NCBI GenBank assembly: GCA_965230905.1
Contig: OZ246396.1
Coordinates: forward strand, 1,274,354-1,306,353
Direction of reading: 5' to 3'
DNA length: 32,000 nucleotides
Origin: Candidatus Saccharimonadota bacterium
GTDB lineage: Bacteria; Patescibacteriota; Gracilibacteria; UBA1369; 2-02-FULL-48-14
The notes under the pieces are model-generated. The model was not told the origin of the DNA, ran no database searches, and was given only the letters and a program-made list of their open reading frames with translations. The position numbers were made by a program, and so were the translations under genes. Shown one piece after another: positions 23,597 through 30,914 of this stretch (position 1 is the first letter of the stretch; the number at the start of each line of letters is the position of its first letter).

Positions 23597-25111
23597 TTAG
23601 AACAGTTGTTTAGCAAGGATGATGATCTTTGCTACTTCAGCACGGTTAGGGACTTCATCAGGACGGAAAGTACCTGTTGCTTCGTCACCTGATATCACCC
23701 CCATGCTTAGCGCATAATTGATTGCATTTACATTTGCATGATCTAGCGCAACATCACTGAAGGGTGCTTCACTTGCCTCTGTTATATCTAGATCAAGCAC
23801 ATCAATGATCAATTGAATGAGTTCACCTCGCGTAACTTCTGACGTGTATTCAGCGTCGTCTACAAGAGCGTTCTCGACTCGACTTAGAAGGTCTGCGCTC
23901 AGTAGATCAGAGAAATCATTTTGGAGCGTGAGTGCGTAGCCACGAGCCCAGGAATCACCCTCTGCAATTTCCTCGGGGTCTTTATCTAAGACACACTGCA
24001 ATACAAACTTCATGCTTTCTCCAAACAGCACTTCATTTGAAGGGCGGAATTCGCCTAATTCATTTCCTGCTTCGTCCTTGAATCCTGAGATACAAGCCTC
24101 TGAATCCATTTGATCAACAAAGTTGAAGAACCATTCTTCATCATCTGTATCTTTAAACGGAATCACATCATCTTCGAATTTATTTTTAGTAGATTCATTT
24201 TTAATTTCTTCAATCTTGTCTTCCAGGTCTGAGACCTTCTCTTCAGAATCATCATCTGATTCAATAATTCCTTCGATGTCTGAGATGACTTCATCTTCAT
24301 CTACTCCACTTACATTGAACGCAGCAAGAGCAACGAGTAGGTCACTTAACTTAGATTCAACGGTCTCTGCAAGGGAAGTAAGAGCTTCGTCAAGTTCAGT
24401 GTTTGCCGCTTGGTCCTCTTCAGACAATAATTCTTCAACAAAATCTGCTATTTCTTCTTCAAAGTCTTCGAAACATTCATCAAACTCTTCAGCGTCACTT
24501 TCATCTGAGAGTACTGCTTCGGCAATACATTCTCCAAAGTCTTCACCAAGTTCAGATTCTTCACTGTTTGAGTGGATATCTTTACCTTTGGCGTACATCG
24601 CTTCATGTTTAGCTTCCTTGGCAAGATCTTCTGCTTCTTCGTAGTTTCCTGCATCAAATTTAGTTTGTGCATCAGCAAGAAGCACTTTTGCACCTTCAAG
24701 TCGTACAAGGGCATCAGACACATCCTTACCTTCAGCTTCTTTTTCAACAATAGTTTCTTCTGCTTCAGCAATTTCTTCCTCAGCGTCTTCAATCTTATCA
24801 GCTGCATTTTCCATATCAGAATCCTCCTCTTCATCTTCATCGGAATCGTCGCCATCTTCGCTGTCTGAGTCAGTATCTTCATCCTCATCTACATCTGAGT
24901 CACCATCACTGTCTTCATCTTCATCTTCATCTTCATCTTCATCTTCATCCTCATCCTCATCGTTACCTGAATTATCAGAGTCTTCTCCTTCATCCGATAA
25001 TTCAACAGCGTCTGCATCAAACACGGACACTTCGATATCAGCGATGGACGCTAAGGCTATTGATGCAGGTACAAGAAGTACCAGCAGAGCTACAAATAGG
25101 TTTTTATACAT
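23597..25111 (-). CDS. secreted hyper-acidic protein with C-terminal SLH domains
   Basis: Signal peptide MYKNLFVALLVLLVPASIALA. A long D/E tract follows (DEDEDEDEDEDEDEDEDSDGDSDVDEDEDTDSDSEDGDDSDEDEEEDSD). The centre is acidic and helical. C-terminal SLH repeats are present (PFSDVALDHANVNAINYALSMGVISGDEATGTFRPDEVPNRAEVAKIIILA). Confidence 0.8.
   Translation of the reverse strand: MYKNLFVALLVLLVPASIALASIADIEVSVFDADAVELSDEGEDSDNSGNDEDEDEDEDEDEDEDEDSDGDSDVDEDEDTDSDSEDGDDSDEDEEEDSDMENAADKIEDAEEEIAEAEETIVEKEAEGKDVSDALVRLEGAKVLLADAQTKFDAGNYEEAEDLAKEAKHEAMYAKGKDIHSNSEESELGEDFGECIAEAVLSDESDAEEFDECFEDFEEEIADFVEELLSEEDQAANTELDEALTSLAETVESKLSDLLVALAAFNVSGVDEDEVISDIEGIIESDDDSEEKVSDLEDKIEEIKNESTKNKFEDDVIPFKDTDDEEWFFNFVDQMDSEACISGFKDEAGNELGEFRPSNEVLFGESMKFVLQCVLDKDPEEIAEGDSWARGYALTLQNDFSDLLSADLLSRVENALVDDAEYTSEVTRGELIQLIIDVLDLDITEASEAPFSDVALDHANVNAINYALSMGVISGDEATGTFRPDEVPNRAEVAKIIILAKQLF
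24912..24961 (-). repeat. in-frame hexanucleotide microsatellite encoding (DE)n
   Basis: (TCTTCA)x6 then (TCCTCA)x2 on the + strand, which is GAAGAT/GAGGAT on the coding strand. Confidence 0.9.
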
Positions 25112-25208
25112 GATTTTATGGTTAAATCATATTATTTTACCCTACTTTATAGGTATAGTCAAATTGCAGCCTCCGAGGGGCTACTTATAAATAGCCAAAT
25201 TTGATTCC

Positions 25209-25292
25209 TTTTTATACTGTCTCAAATGTCTCATTTAGCATGAAACGCCACAATTGTGTCTCACGACAAGAATAGGTAAGATGAGACAGTCC
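25209..25292 (+). repeat. intergenic repeat family 1, copy B
   Basis: About 88% identical to 15866-15948. It contains three direct TGTCTCA units and one inverted copy (TGAGACA, 25282-25288). It runs directly into a fragment resembling the start of the 108-nt repeat (25291-25316). Confidence 0.7.
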
Positions 25293-25371
25293 CAAGGGTA
25301 CTAGACCCGTGTGGCCAGCCAATCACTTATAGAGTATGACAGGTCTCCTTGTACATTTCAGGAACCTGGAA

Positions 25372-26034
25372 TTACAGCTCTTCCCCTGTAATAGTCTTAT
25401 AGACGTGCTGAGCGCCTCGTCCTGCTCGCACATTTTCAGAGTGCATGGCCTGGATTTGTTGGTACATGGCAGTTGCTTCGTCACCAAAGACTAAACGACC
25501 TGCAGTGTCGGAAGGGAGTTGTTCAGCAACGAATGCTACTCGCAGTGGACTTTCCCCTTGAGTGAAGTGCATAGCCATCCGAGGAGGTTGAACGTCGTCA
25601 GGATTTAAAGTAGTGCTAAAAATGTCACCATCGGAACAAAAAGCTCTGAGTGCGGCCACCGAGATCTCTCTTGCCGCACGCATATTTTCTGACACAGTAC
25701 TTCTTAGTGTTGCATCGTCCATTACGGAGATCCCCAGAAGCCTGGCGAACATCATCCCTGCGATTCTATTTCGTGGGTGTTCAGGAGTATATAGAGGTGT
25801 TAATGGCTTTGGCGTAGCGTATACGAAAGGACGATCTTGGTGATTCGTTGGGGTGTCATCAATCTGGCTCAACACTTCTCTTTCCACAAAAGCTTGTAAC
25901 CAAGTGTATGCATCCCGACCTAAAGGGAGATCAGCGGCCCCTTGACTCATTCCTTCTGCGAAGTGATCTTGCTCTAATTCTGAGAGTTCAGCCTGCTTAG
26001 CGAGGTCTTTGAAATTGATTGGGGCTTTATCCAT
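25372..26034 (-). CDS. hypothetical protein (220 aa)
   Basis: Long ORF, GC-richer than its neighbours. No motif recognised. Confidence 0.55.
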   Translation of the reverse strand: MDKAPINFKDLAKQAELSELEQDHFAEGMSQGAADLPLGRDAYTWLQAFVEREVLSQIDDTPTNHQDRPFVYATPKPLTPLYTPEHPRNRIAGMMFARLLGISVMDDATLRSTVSENMRAAREISVAALRAFCSDGDIFSTTLNPDDVQPPRMAMHFTQGESPLRVAFVAEQLPSDTAGRLVFGDEATAMYQQIQAMHSENVRAGRGAQHVYKTITGEEL

Positions 26035-26070
26035 GATTTTAGTGATGGCTCATATTAGAGCATAATTTCC

Positions 26071-26134
26071 TTGTAACGGCAAGAAAAAGCTCAGTTGTCT
26101 CTCAAAGCGGTAAACGGTAGAATTGGAGCGGCCC
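26071..26134 (+). repeat. intergenic repeat family 1, degenerate copy C
   Basis: TTGTAACGGCAAGAAA...TTGTCTCTCA...AAACGGTAGAATTGGAGCGGCCC parallels the 3' half of copy A (TTGTTTCTCACGGCAAGAAACGGTAGGATTAGGCAGTCC), with an internal insertion. It ends 27 nt before ATG 26161. Confidence 0.35.
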
Positions 26135-26160
26135 GCAGCCATAATATCAATTCATTCATC

Positions 26161-26628
26161 ATGGCACATCCAAACAGTGTAAAAGTTTTCTTAGAACGAA
26201 ATGAACGTCTTTGTAATCCTCGCGAGTACCCCAATCTTATGTCACCAGAGTTGCAGCAAGGCATTCACGAGAGACTTCTCGCAGAATCACGTTTTTCTCA
26301 AAGGGCTATAGGGGATGACCGCCCTAGAGAATTTCCTTCAAGTTTTAGCTCTGGAGAGGAAGTGCTCATTTTTATTACGGAGCAAACAGGTTTAGCTGCT
26401 GCAGATGTTTTACAAAAAGGACCATGGCTTCAATCTTTTGCTGGAAATTTGAGACTGGATTCTATCTTCTACGGTTCACAGATTGGAAATGTGGCTTCCA
26501 TAGTTTTTCATGGAAATGAACATTTTGCGCTACATCTCATATATAAGCCGGGGGCGGCGTGCCAAGTATTAACTCCTGCTGAATATCAGGTTTGGGAGGA
26601 CGAACGATGTTCCCTATCCCAAGGGTAA
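26161..26628 (+). CDS. hypothetical protein (155 aa from ATG 26161; the track ORF begins at TTG 26095)
   Basis: ORF with no recognisable motif. Its last codons run into the 108-nt repeat. Confidence 0.5.
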   Translation: MAHPNSVKVFLERNERLCNPREYPNLMSPELQQGIHERLLAESRFSQRAIGDDRPREFPSSFSSGEEVLIFITEQTGLAAADVLQKGPWLQSFAGNLRLDSIFYGSQIGNVASIVFHGNEHFALHLIYKPGAACQVLTPAEYQVWEDERCSLSQG

Positions 26629-26725
26629 GATCCACGTGGCCGCTCTACTTCCTTAAAATCTTTCCCATTGCCTTCCCTTTGGCTAATTCATCGATCAATT
26701 TATCCATGTAGCGGATTTTTTGCAT
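26618..26725 (+). repeat. 108-nt direct repeat, copy D1
   Basis: Identical to 31893-32000 at 106 of 108 positions (C>T at two sites). It ends at the AT of the MFS start codon. It contains CCACGTGG and AATTCATCGATCAATT. Confidence 0.9.
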
Positions 26726-27929
26726 GAGGTGGAGTTTGGTTTGGGATCATGATTTAATATTTCTATGCCAGGTTCATTACAAAATTCTCACACTGAATAT
26801 TAATTTTCTTTATAGTTCCGTTTTTTTTCAGCACTTTGCTTATGGATTGATCATTCCAACTTTGCTTGTTTGGCAACACCAAGCGGGACTCAGTTATGCT
26901 GAAATCGGAACCATCCAAGCGGTAGGATTTTTATTTATGCTTATCGCTGAGATTCCAAGCTCTTATTTTGCAGATCGAGTCAGTAAAAGAATCACTCTTC
27001 TATTGGGCTTTGCATTTTCCATACTGAGCTTCATCTTTTTAATTCAAGCAGATAATTTTGTGTTTTTTCTTATTATGCAGATTTTATTCAGTGTTGGTGG
27101 TGCCTTTTTTTCCGGCACACAAGAAAGTATGCTTCACGATTTAATGAGTGTAGAAATAAAAATGACCAAATCCTTGGGGAAGCTAAGTATTTTTGACGAA
27201 ACGGGTACTGTTTTAGGCATGCTGGGATCGAGTTTTTTTATTAGTAATTACTCTATTAAAGCTAGTTTTATTGCTGGTTTAGCGGCACTTATAATTGGCC
27301 TCTTAAGTATTGCGCTAATAAGCACGCCAAACACTCTTTCTCGTAAAGAGGATACCTTTTCAAGTTCCACAAAAGTTCATATTAAATCAGTAAGCACTTT
27401 GATTATTATTCTGTTTTTCTCCTTCATGGCCCTTCGAGGAGAAATCTTGTTTCAATCGACTTTCGAAGAACTCCATATAGATCTAGCTTTGCTTGGGCTG
27501 ATCTATATTTTCGGGAAAATATTTTCGATTGTAGGCTCGATGTATGCACATAAAATCGAGGATTGCCTTGGTTTTAAAAAGTCTATGACCCTAGTGGCCT
27601 GTCTACAAATTGCTAGTTTCAGCATCTTATTGTTTTCGGAACTAATCTTAACAATAACCGCTATTTCTATCTATTTCTTCTCTGAGAATATTTTTCGGAA
27701 TATTCGTGATTCATGGATATTATACCGTGCTCCGCTTAATCGACGTGCAAGCGCCATTTCCAGTGTTAGTTTTTCGACAGCTGTTTTTGCCTTAGCATTT
27801 ACCCCTATAATTGGGCTTGGGATAGATCAGGCCGTATATTGGGGTATTGCCATACTTGTATTCGCCAAATTAATAGGTTTTGTTCTTGTTTTTAACGGTC
27901 GGTTGAATAAACCTAACTTACAGTTCTAA
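26724..27929 (+). CDS. MFS transporter
   Basis: About 400 aa and polytopic. A motif-A-like [14 protein letters not shown] follows TM2. The start codon is uncertain. The stop overlaps the convergent 397-aa gene by 12 nt. Confidence 0.8.
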   Translation: MRWSLVWDHDLIFLCQVHYKILTLNINFLYSSVFFQHFAYGLIIPTLLVWQHQAGLSYAEIGTIQAVGFLFMLIAEIPSSYFADRVSKRITLLLGFAFSILSFIFLIQADNFVFFLIMQILFSVGGAFFSGTQESMLHDLMSVEIKMTKSLGKLSIFDETGTVLGMLGSSFFISNYSIKASFIAGLAALIIGLLSIALISTPNTLSRKEDTFSSSTKVHIKSVSTLIIILFFSFMALRGEILFQSTFEELHIDLALLGLIYIFGKIFSIVGSMYAHKIEDCLGFKKSMTLVACLQIASFSILLFSELILTITAISIYFFSENIFRNIRDSWILYRAPLNRRASAISSVSFSTAVFALAFTPIIGLGIDQAVYWGIAILVFAKLIGFVLVFNGRLNKPNLQF

Positions 27930-29111
27930 CCATGATGTCCTTAGCTGCCCATCTTTGGTAAGCATGGCATCTCTTGGATTTTCTATCCCACTCAGCAACA
28001 GTTGTTTTGGACCCAGAACATAGACACCGCCCAATCCTGTTAGGGAATAATACTTATATACTTCAGCTCTAGCGGTCTCTAAATCTAATTGAACTATTTT
28101 TGCAACCTCTAATGCAGTCTCTTCAAAGTTTTTTCCTTGTAAGGTGAAATGATCGCCCAATAATCTTGCCACTCTTAATCGTGCCTCAAAGATCCTATCC
28201 GCCAGCATCCACTCTTCAAGCTTTCTGGCCTCGAGGCCCCTTTCTTTGTCCAACAAATCAAACATTTTTCTCACTTGTTCTGACCCAGAGCCCAATTTTT
28301 TCATAAACTGATGCTCAGATAAAACAGCAACAGACTCAAGAAATGCTCTTTCTCTCATTGAATCTATATAAGTGCCCACAGATATGTTGGCATGCTGCGA
28401 AAGATGCGCAATGTGCGCAGCATTGTGAGGAATATCGAAAGAGAATTGTGTCGCTAAATCATACTTAGCTGGCGTGACGTAATTAATTACACCATCCCTT
28501 GTCGTCCAAAATAAATGGTGATTTTTTGGATTTTCAATAATTGAAACGTTTACGTTTTCCACAGCTGGCATCTCAAAAATGTTTTCTATAACAAATTGTA
28601 TAAGTCGTTTGGTCTCTTCTAGGGAAACCTTGAGCTCAAGTCCGGGTAAGAGTTCAGGATGTGTGAATTGCCCCCCTTTGTCTTGAAGTTCAGCTACTCC
28701 AGCCTCTAAAGCATTTTCATACATGCCTCTCATGCCAAACATTTCCTCGATTTGGGTGCGTGTGATCAAAAGATTCTGATCAAAATTCCCCTCCTCTAGT
28801 TCTTCGAGAATTTTATACAAAACTCCCCTAAGCTCGCTGACTAAAGTTTCACCTAAAATTGTGATCAATTGGGCGTCAGTTGTAACCCTCAAAATCCTAG
28901 CAATGTCTTGTTTTACTTTTAAAAGTAGTACTGGATCAGCATGTGGGACGAGTGGTTTATTTAAAACCAATACATCTAATAATGTTCTTACAAAATTTGA
29001 GATAGCATCACGATCAACATTGGAAAGGCCCTCTACATAGCACCTTCCAAGCATGCTAGAAAGCATAGGAAGGTCATATGTTTTCGCAGGATGATCAGTG
29101 GGTATCTCCAT
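27918..29111 (-). CDS. hypothetical protein (397 aa), last gene of the four-gene operon
   Basis: The start codon directly abuts the stop of the upstream GTP cyclohydrolase-like gene (CAT 29109-29111 and TTA 29112-29114). It is helical and contains IPHNAAHIAHL...ERAFLESVAVLSEHQF and C-terminal YKYYSLTGLGGVYVLGPKQLL. No family is confidently recognised. Confidence 0.7.
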   Translation of the reverse strand: MEIPTDHPAKTYDLPMLSSMLGRCYVEGLSNVDRDAISNFVRTLLDVLVLNKPLVPHADPVLLLKVKQDIARILRVTTDAQLITILGETLVSELRGVLYKILEELEEGNFDQNLLITRTQIEEMFGMRGMYENALEAGVAELQDKGGQFTHPELLPGLELKVSLEETKRLIQFVIENIFEMPAVENVNVSIIENPKNHHLFWTTRDGVINYVTPAKYDLATQFSFDIPHNAAHIAHLSQHANISVGTYIDSMRERAFLESVAVLSEHQFMKKLGSGSEQVRKMFDLLDKERGLEARKLEEWMLADRIFEARLRVARLLGDHFTLQGKNFEETALEVAKIVQLDLETARAEVYKYYSLTGLGGVYVLGPKQLLLSGIENPRDAMLTKDGQLRTSWLEL

Positions 29112-30101
29112 TTAGTCTTTTAGACTCTCGCCGATATTACCAAGATTTGTATCTATAACCGTACGTACATCATGAATGTGGATACTATCGTTAAGTATAG
29201 ATTCAATTCTCAATCTTGTATCATCTGGGGCCTTGGTACCAAACTTTTCATAGAGACCTGCAGCAACGTCACGAACCACATCTTCAGTAAACTGTGGCCT
29301 ACTCAATGCTCTAACGACTAAATCGTGTTCATCAGGCCTTTTGAGAAGTTCATTTACCAAATGGGTTGTTGTATCTAAGACGGTTAAAAGTTCCCGAGTT
29401 GAGATCTCTGGATGCCGTTTATCCATCATCACCGTGATGGTACCTCTTTGAGTATGAGTCCCCGTTAGAACAGTATTTAATATTGCATTGATTTGAGTTG
29501 TATCAAAACCAAGTTCTTGTAAACGGGGCACCACCGAAAGTTTTGTATAGGTTCTTGTACACGGGCAGGCAGTGATATTATAGGCCTGTACTCCAGTTCG
29601 TTGCCTCACAATAGATTCTTCTGCCACCGCCTCACTGAGTAATATAACTTTATCATGAGTTTGTTTTCCTGTTTTTCTTGTATTTCTATGGTGTAAATGT
29701 GTAGCTGAAATTTTCACTATGCCTAGGTTTGAGCTCTGCTTTTCTCTTAATCTTTCGGCAAGAGCCACTGCAAATGTGTCTAAATCAGGGTAGTTCCCTT
29801 CAGCTAATTCAAATAATGCCTCTTCGCATCGAGACATATGTATTCCTCTATGACCCTTTAAATCTACAGATAAGGTGACGTCACATAAAATTGGCGACTT
29901 CTTAGTTGGATCTGTGATGTCATCTATTTCGATATATACTTGCTGGCTTGTGATACCAGCTTCATCGATTTCTATTGGGTTTAGGGGCTGTGACTCCGGG
30001 ACATCCGTAATTTTATCTAGAAATTTTCTGAACTCTTCTGGATCTCTAAATTCAGTTCCGTTAAGTTGATAGTTTACTGGATCATAAATGCGTTCAGGCA
30101 T
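29112..30101 (-). CDS. GTP cyclohydrolase I type 2 / MptA-like (FolE2, DUF198 family) protein
   Basis: HRGIHMSRCEE, ITACPCTRT and GTHTQRGTI match the FolE2/MptA motifs as I recall them (G-x-HMSR, CPC, H-x-QR-S/G). It carries an N-terminal extension of about 60-70 aa relative to short FolE2 proteins. Confidence 0.65.
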   Translation of the reverse strand: MPERIYDPVNYQLNGTEFRDPEEFRKFLDKITDVPESQPLNPIEIDEAGITSQQVYIEIDDITDPTKKSPILCDVTLSVDLKGHRGIHMSRCEEALFELAEGNYPDLDTFAVALAERLREKQSSNLGIVKISATHLHHRNTRKTGKQTHDKVILLSEAVAEESIVRQRTGVQAYNITACPCTRTYTKLSVVPRLQELGFDTTQINAILNTVLTGTHTQRGTITVMMDKRHPEISTRELLTVLDTTTHLVNELLKRPDEHDLVVRALSRPQFTEDVVRDVAAGLYEKFGTKAPDDTRLRIESILNDSIHIHDVRTVIDTNLGNIGESLKD

Positions 30102-30116
30102 ATTTAAATTAGGTTA

Positions 30117-30905
30117 TTAACTGATTAAAGATAGTACCTTTAACCTCATCTGATGAGGTAATAGTGGTAACAATTTTAAAAACCATTTGTCTCTTCCAAA
30201 AGTCAAATCTGTTGGATTCCTTGGTAGATTCGTCAACAAAAATTCTGCAAAGGCTTCTGGGGAGTGAATTTTCCCACGCTGCCTCATTGTTTCTGCAAAA
30301 TCTGTCATTCCTGCGATTTCAAAGAATTGAGTGTCCGTAACACCTGGCCTAGCAACTGTCACCTCTATTCCTTGCGAGGCTACTTCTTGTCTCACAGATT
30401 GAGCAAAGCCCTCAAGCCCAAATTTACTTGCGGAATATGCTGATAAATTAGGGAAGCCCATTTTCCCGGCTAGAGAAGTAATAAAAATCAAGTGACCTTT
30501 TCTGAACTCAATCATGACTTTCAAAATTTCTTGACTTAGCCTCATTGTCCCAAGGAGGTTGGTTTTTATTATACCCTCCATTTTATCTGTAGAAATATCT
30601 GCAGTTGGTGCACTCAACCCAGTTGCAGCATTATTGATAAGCATATCGATTCGTCCCGTGGTGCCTAAAGCCATTTCTTTTATATCTCTACTTGAGTTTG
30701 GATCGGAAATATCTGCAACCAAAGCGTGTATCGTTCCTGAAACTTGACCAGATACTTCTTCCAATTCCATTAAGAGATTAGCTCTTCTGGCTACAGCAAT
30801 TACATGAGCGCCATTTTCTGCAAGTTGGAGCGAAACTGCTCTGCCTATCCCAGAAGATGCACCCGTAACGATAGCCGTTTTTCCTTCGTAATATTTTTCA
30901 GACAT
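30117..30905 (-). CDS. classical short-chain dehydrogenase/reductase (SDR)
   Basis: TGASSGIGRA, NNAATG and the S...YSASK catalytic motif. Confidence 0.9.
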   Translation of the reverse strand: MSEKYYEGKTAIVTGASSGIGRAVSLQLAENGAHVIAVARRANLLMELEEVSGQVSGTIHALVADISDPNSSRDIKEMALGTTGRIDMLINNAATGLSAPTADISTDKMEGIIKTNLLGTMRLSQEILKVMIEFRKGHLIFITSLAGKMGFPNLSAYSASKFGLEGFAQSVRQEVASQGIEVTVARPGVTDTQFFEIAGMTDFAETMRQRGKIHSPEAFAEFLLTNLPRNPTDLTFGRDKWFLKLLPLLPHQMRLKVLSLIS

Positions 30906-30914
30906 AACTTGTTA

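Noticed and set aside
24123-24868. Ser-rich plus-strand ORFs (24123..24644, 24403..24612, 24572..24868) and the minus-strand frame-shifted ORF 24448..24888
   Set aside because: They are alternative-frame or antisense readings of the GAx-rich acidic protein gene. Their low-complexity composition is a by-product of the D/E codon repeats.
24912-24961. Tandem hexanucleotide repeat considered as a CRISPR- or VNTR-like non-coding array
   Set aside because: It is in-frame coding sequence for (DE)n inside a long ORF. It has no spacers and no repeat-spacer architecture. No CRISPR array is visible anywhere in the window.
25336-25505. Plus-strand ORF of about 56 codons starting at ATG 25336 downstream of repeat copy B
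   Set aside because: Apart from its first 36 nt it is antisense to the 220-aa minus-strand gene. It has no motif and is probably a shadow frame.
26095-26160. TTG-initiated N-terminal extension of the 26095..26628 ORF
   Set aside because: The extension overlaps repeat copy C and has a low-complexity, non-protein-like start. ATG 26161 (MAHPNSVKVF...) is the more plausible start, although neither can be verified.
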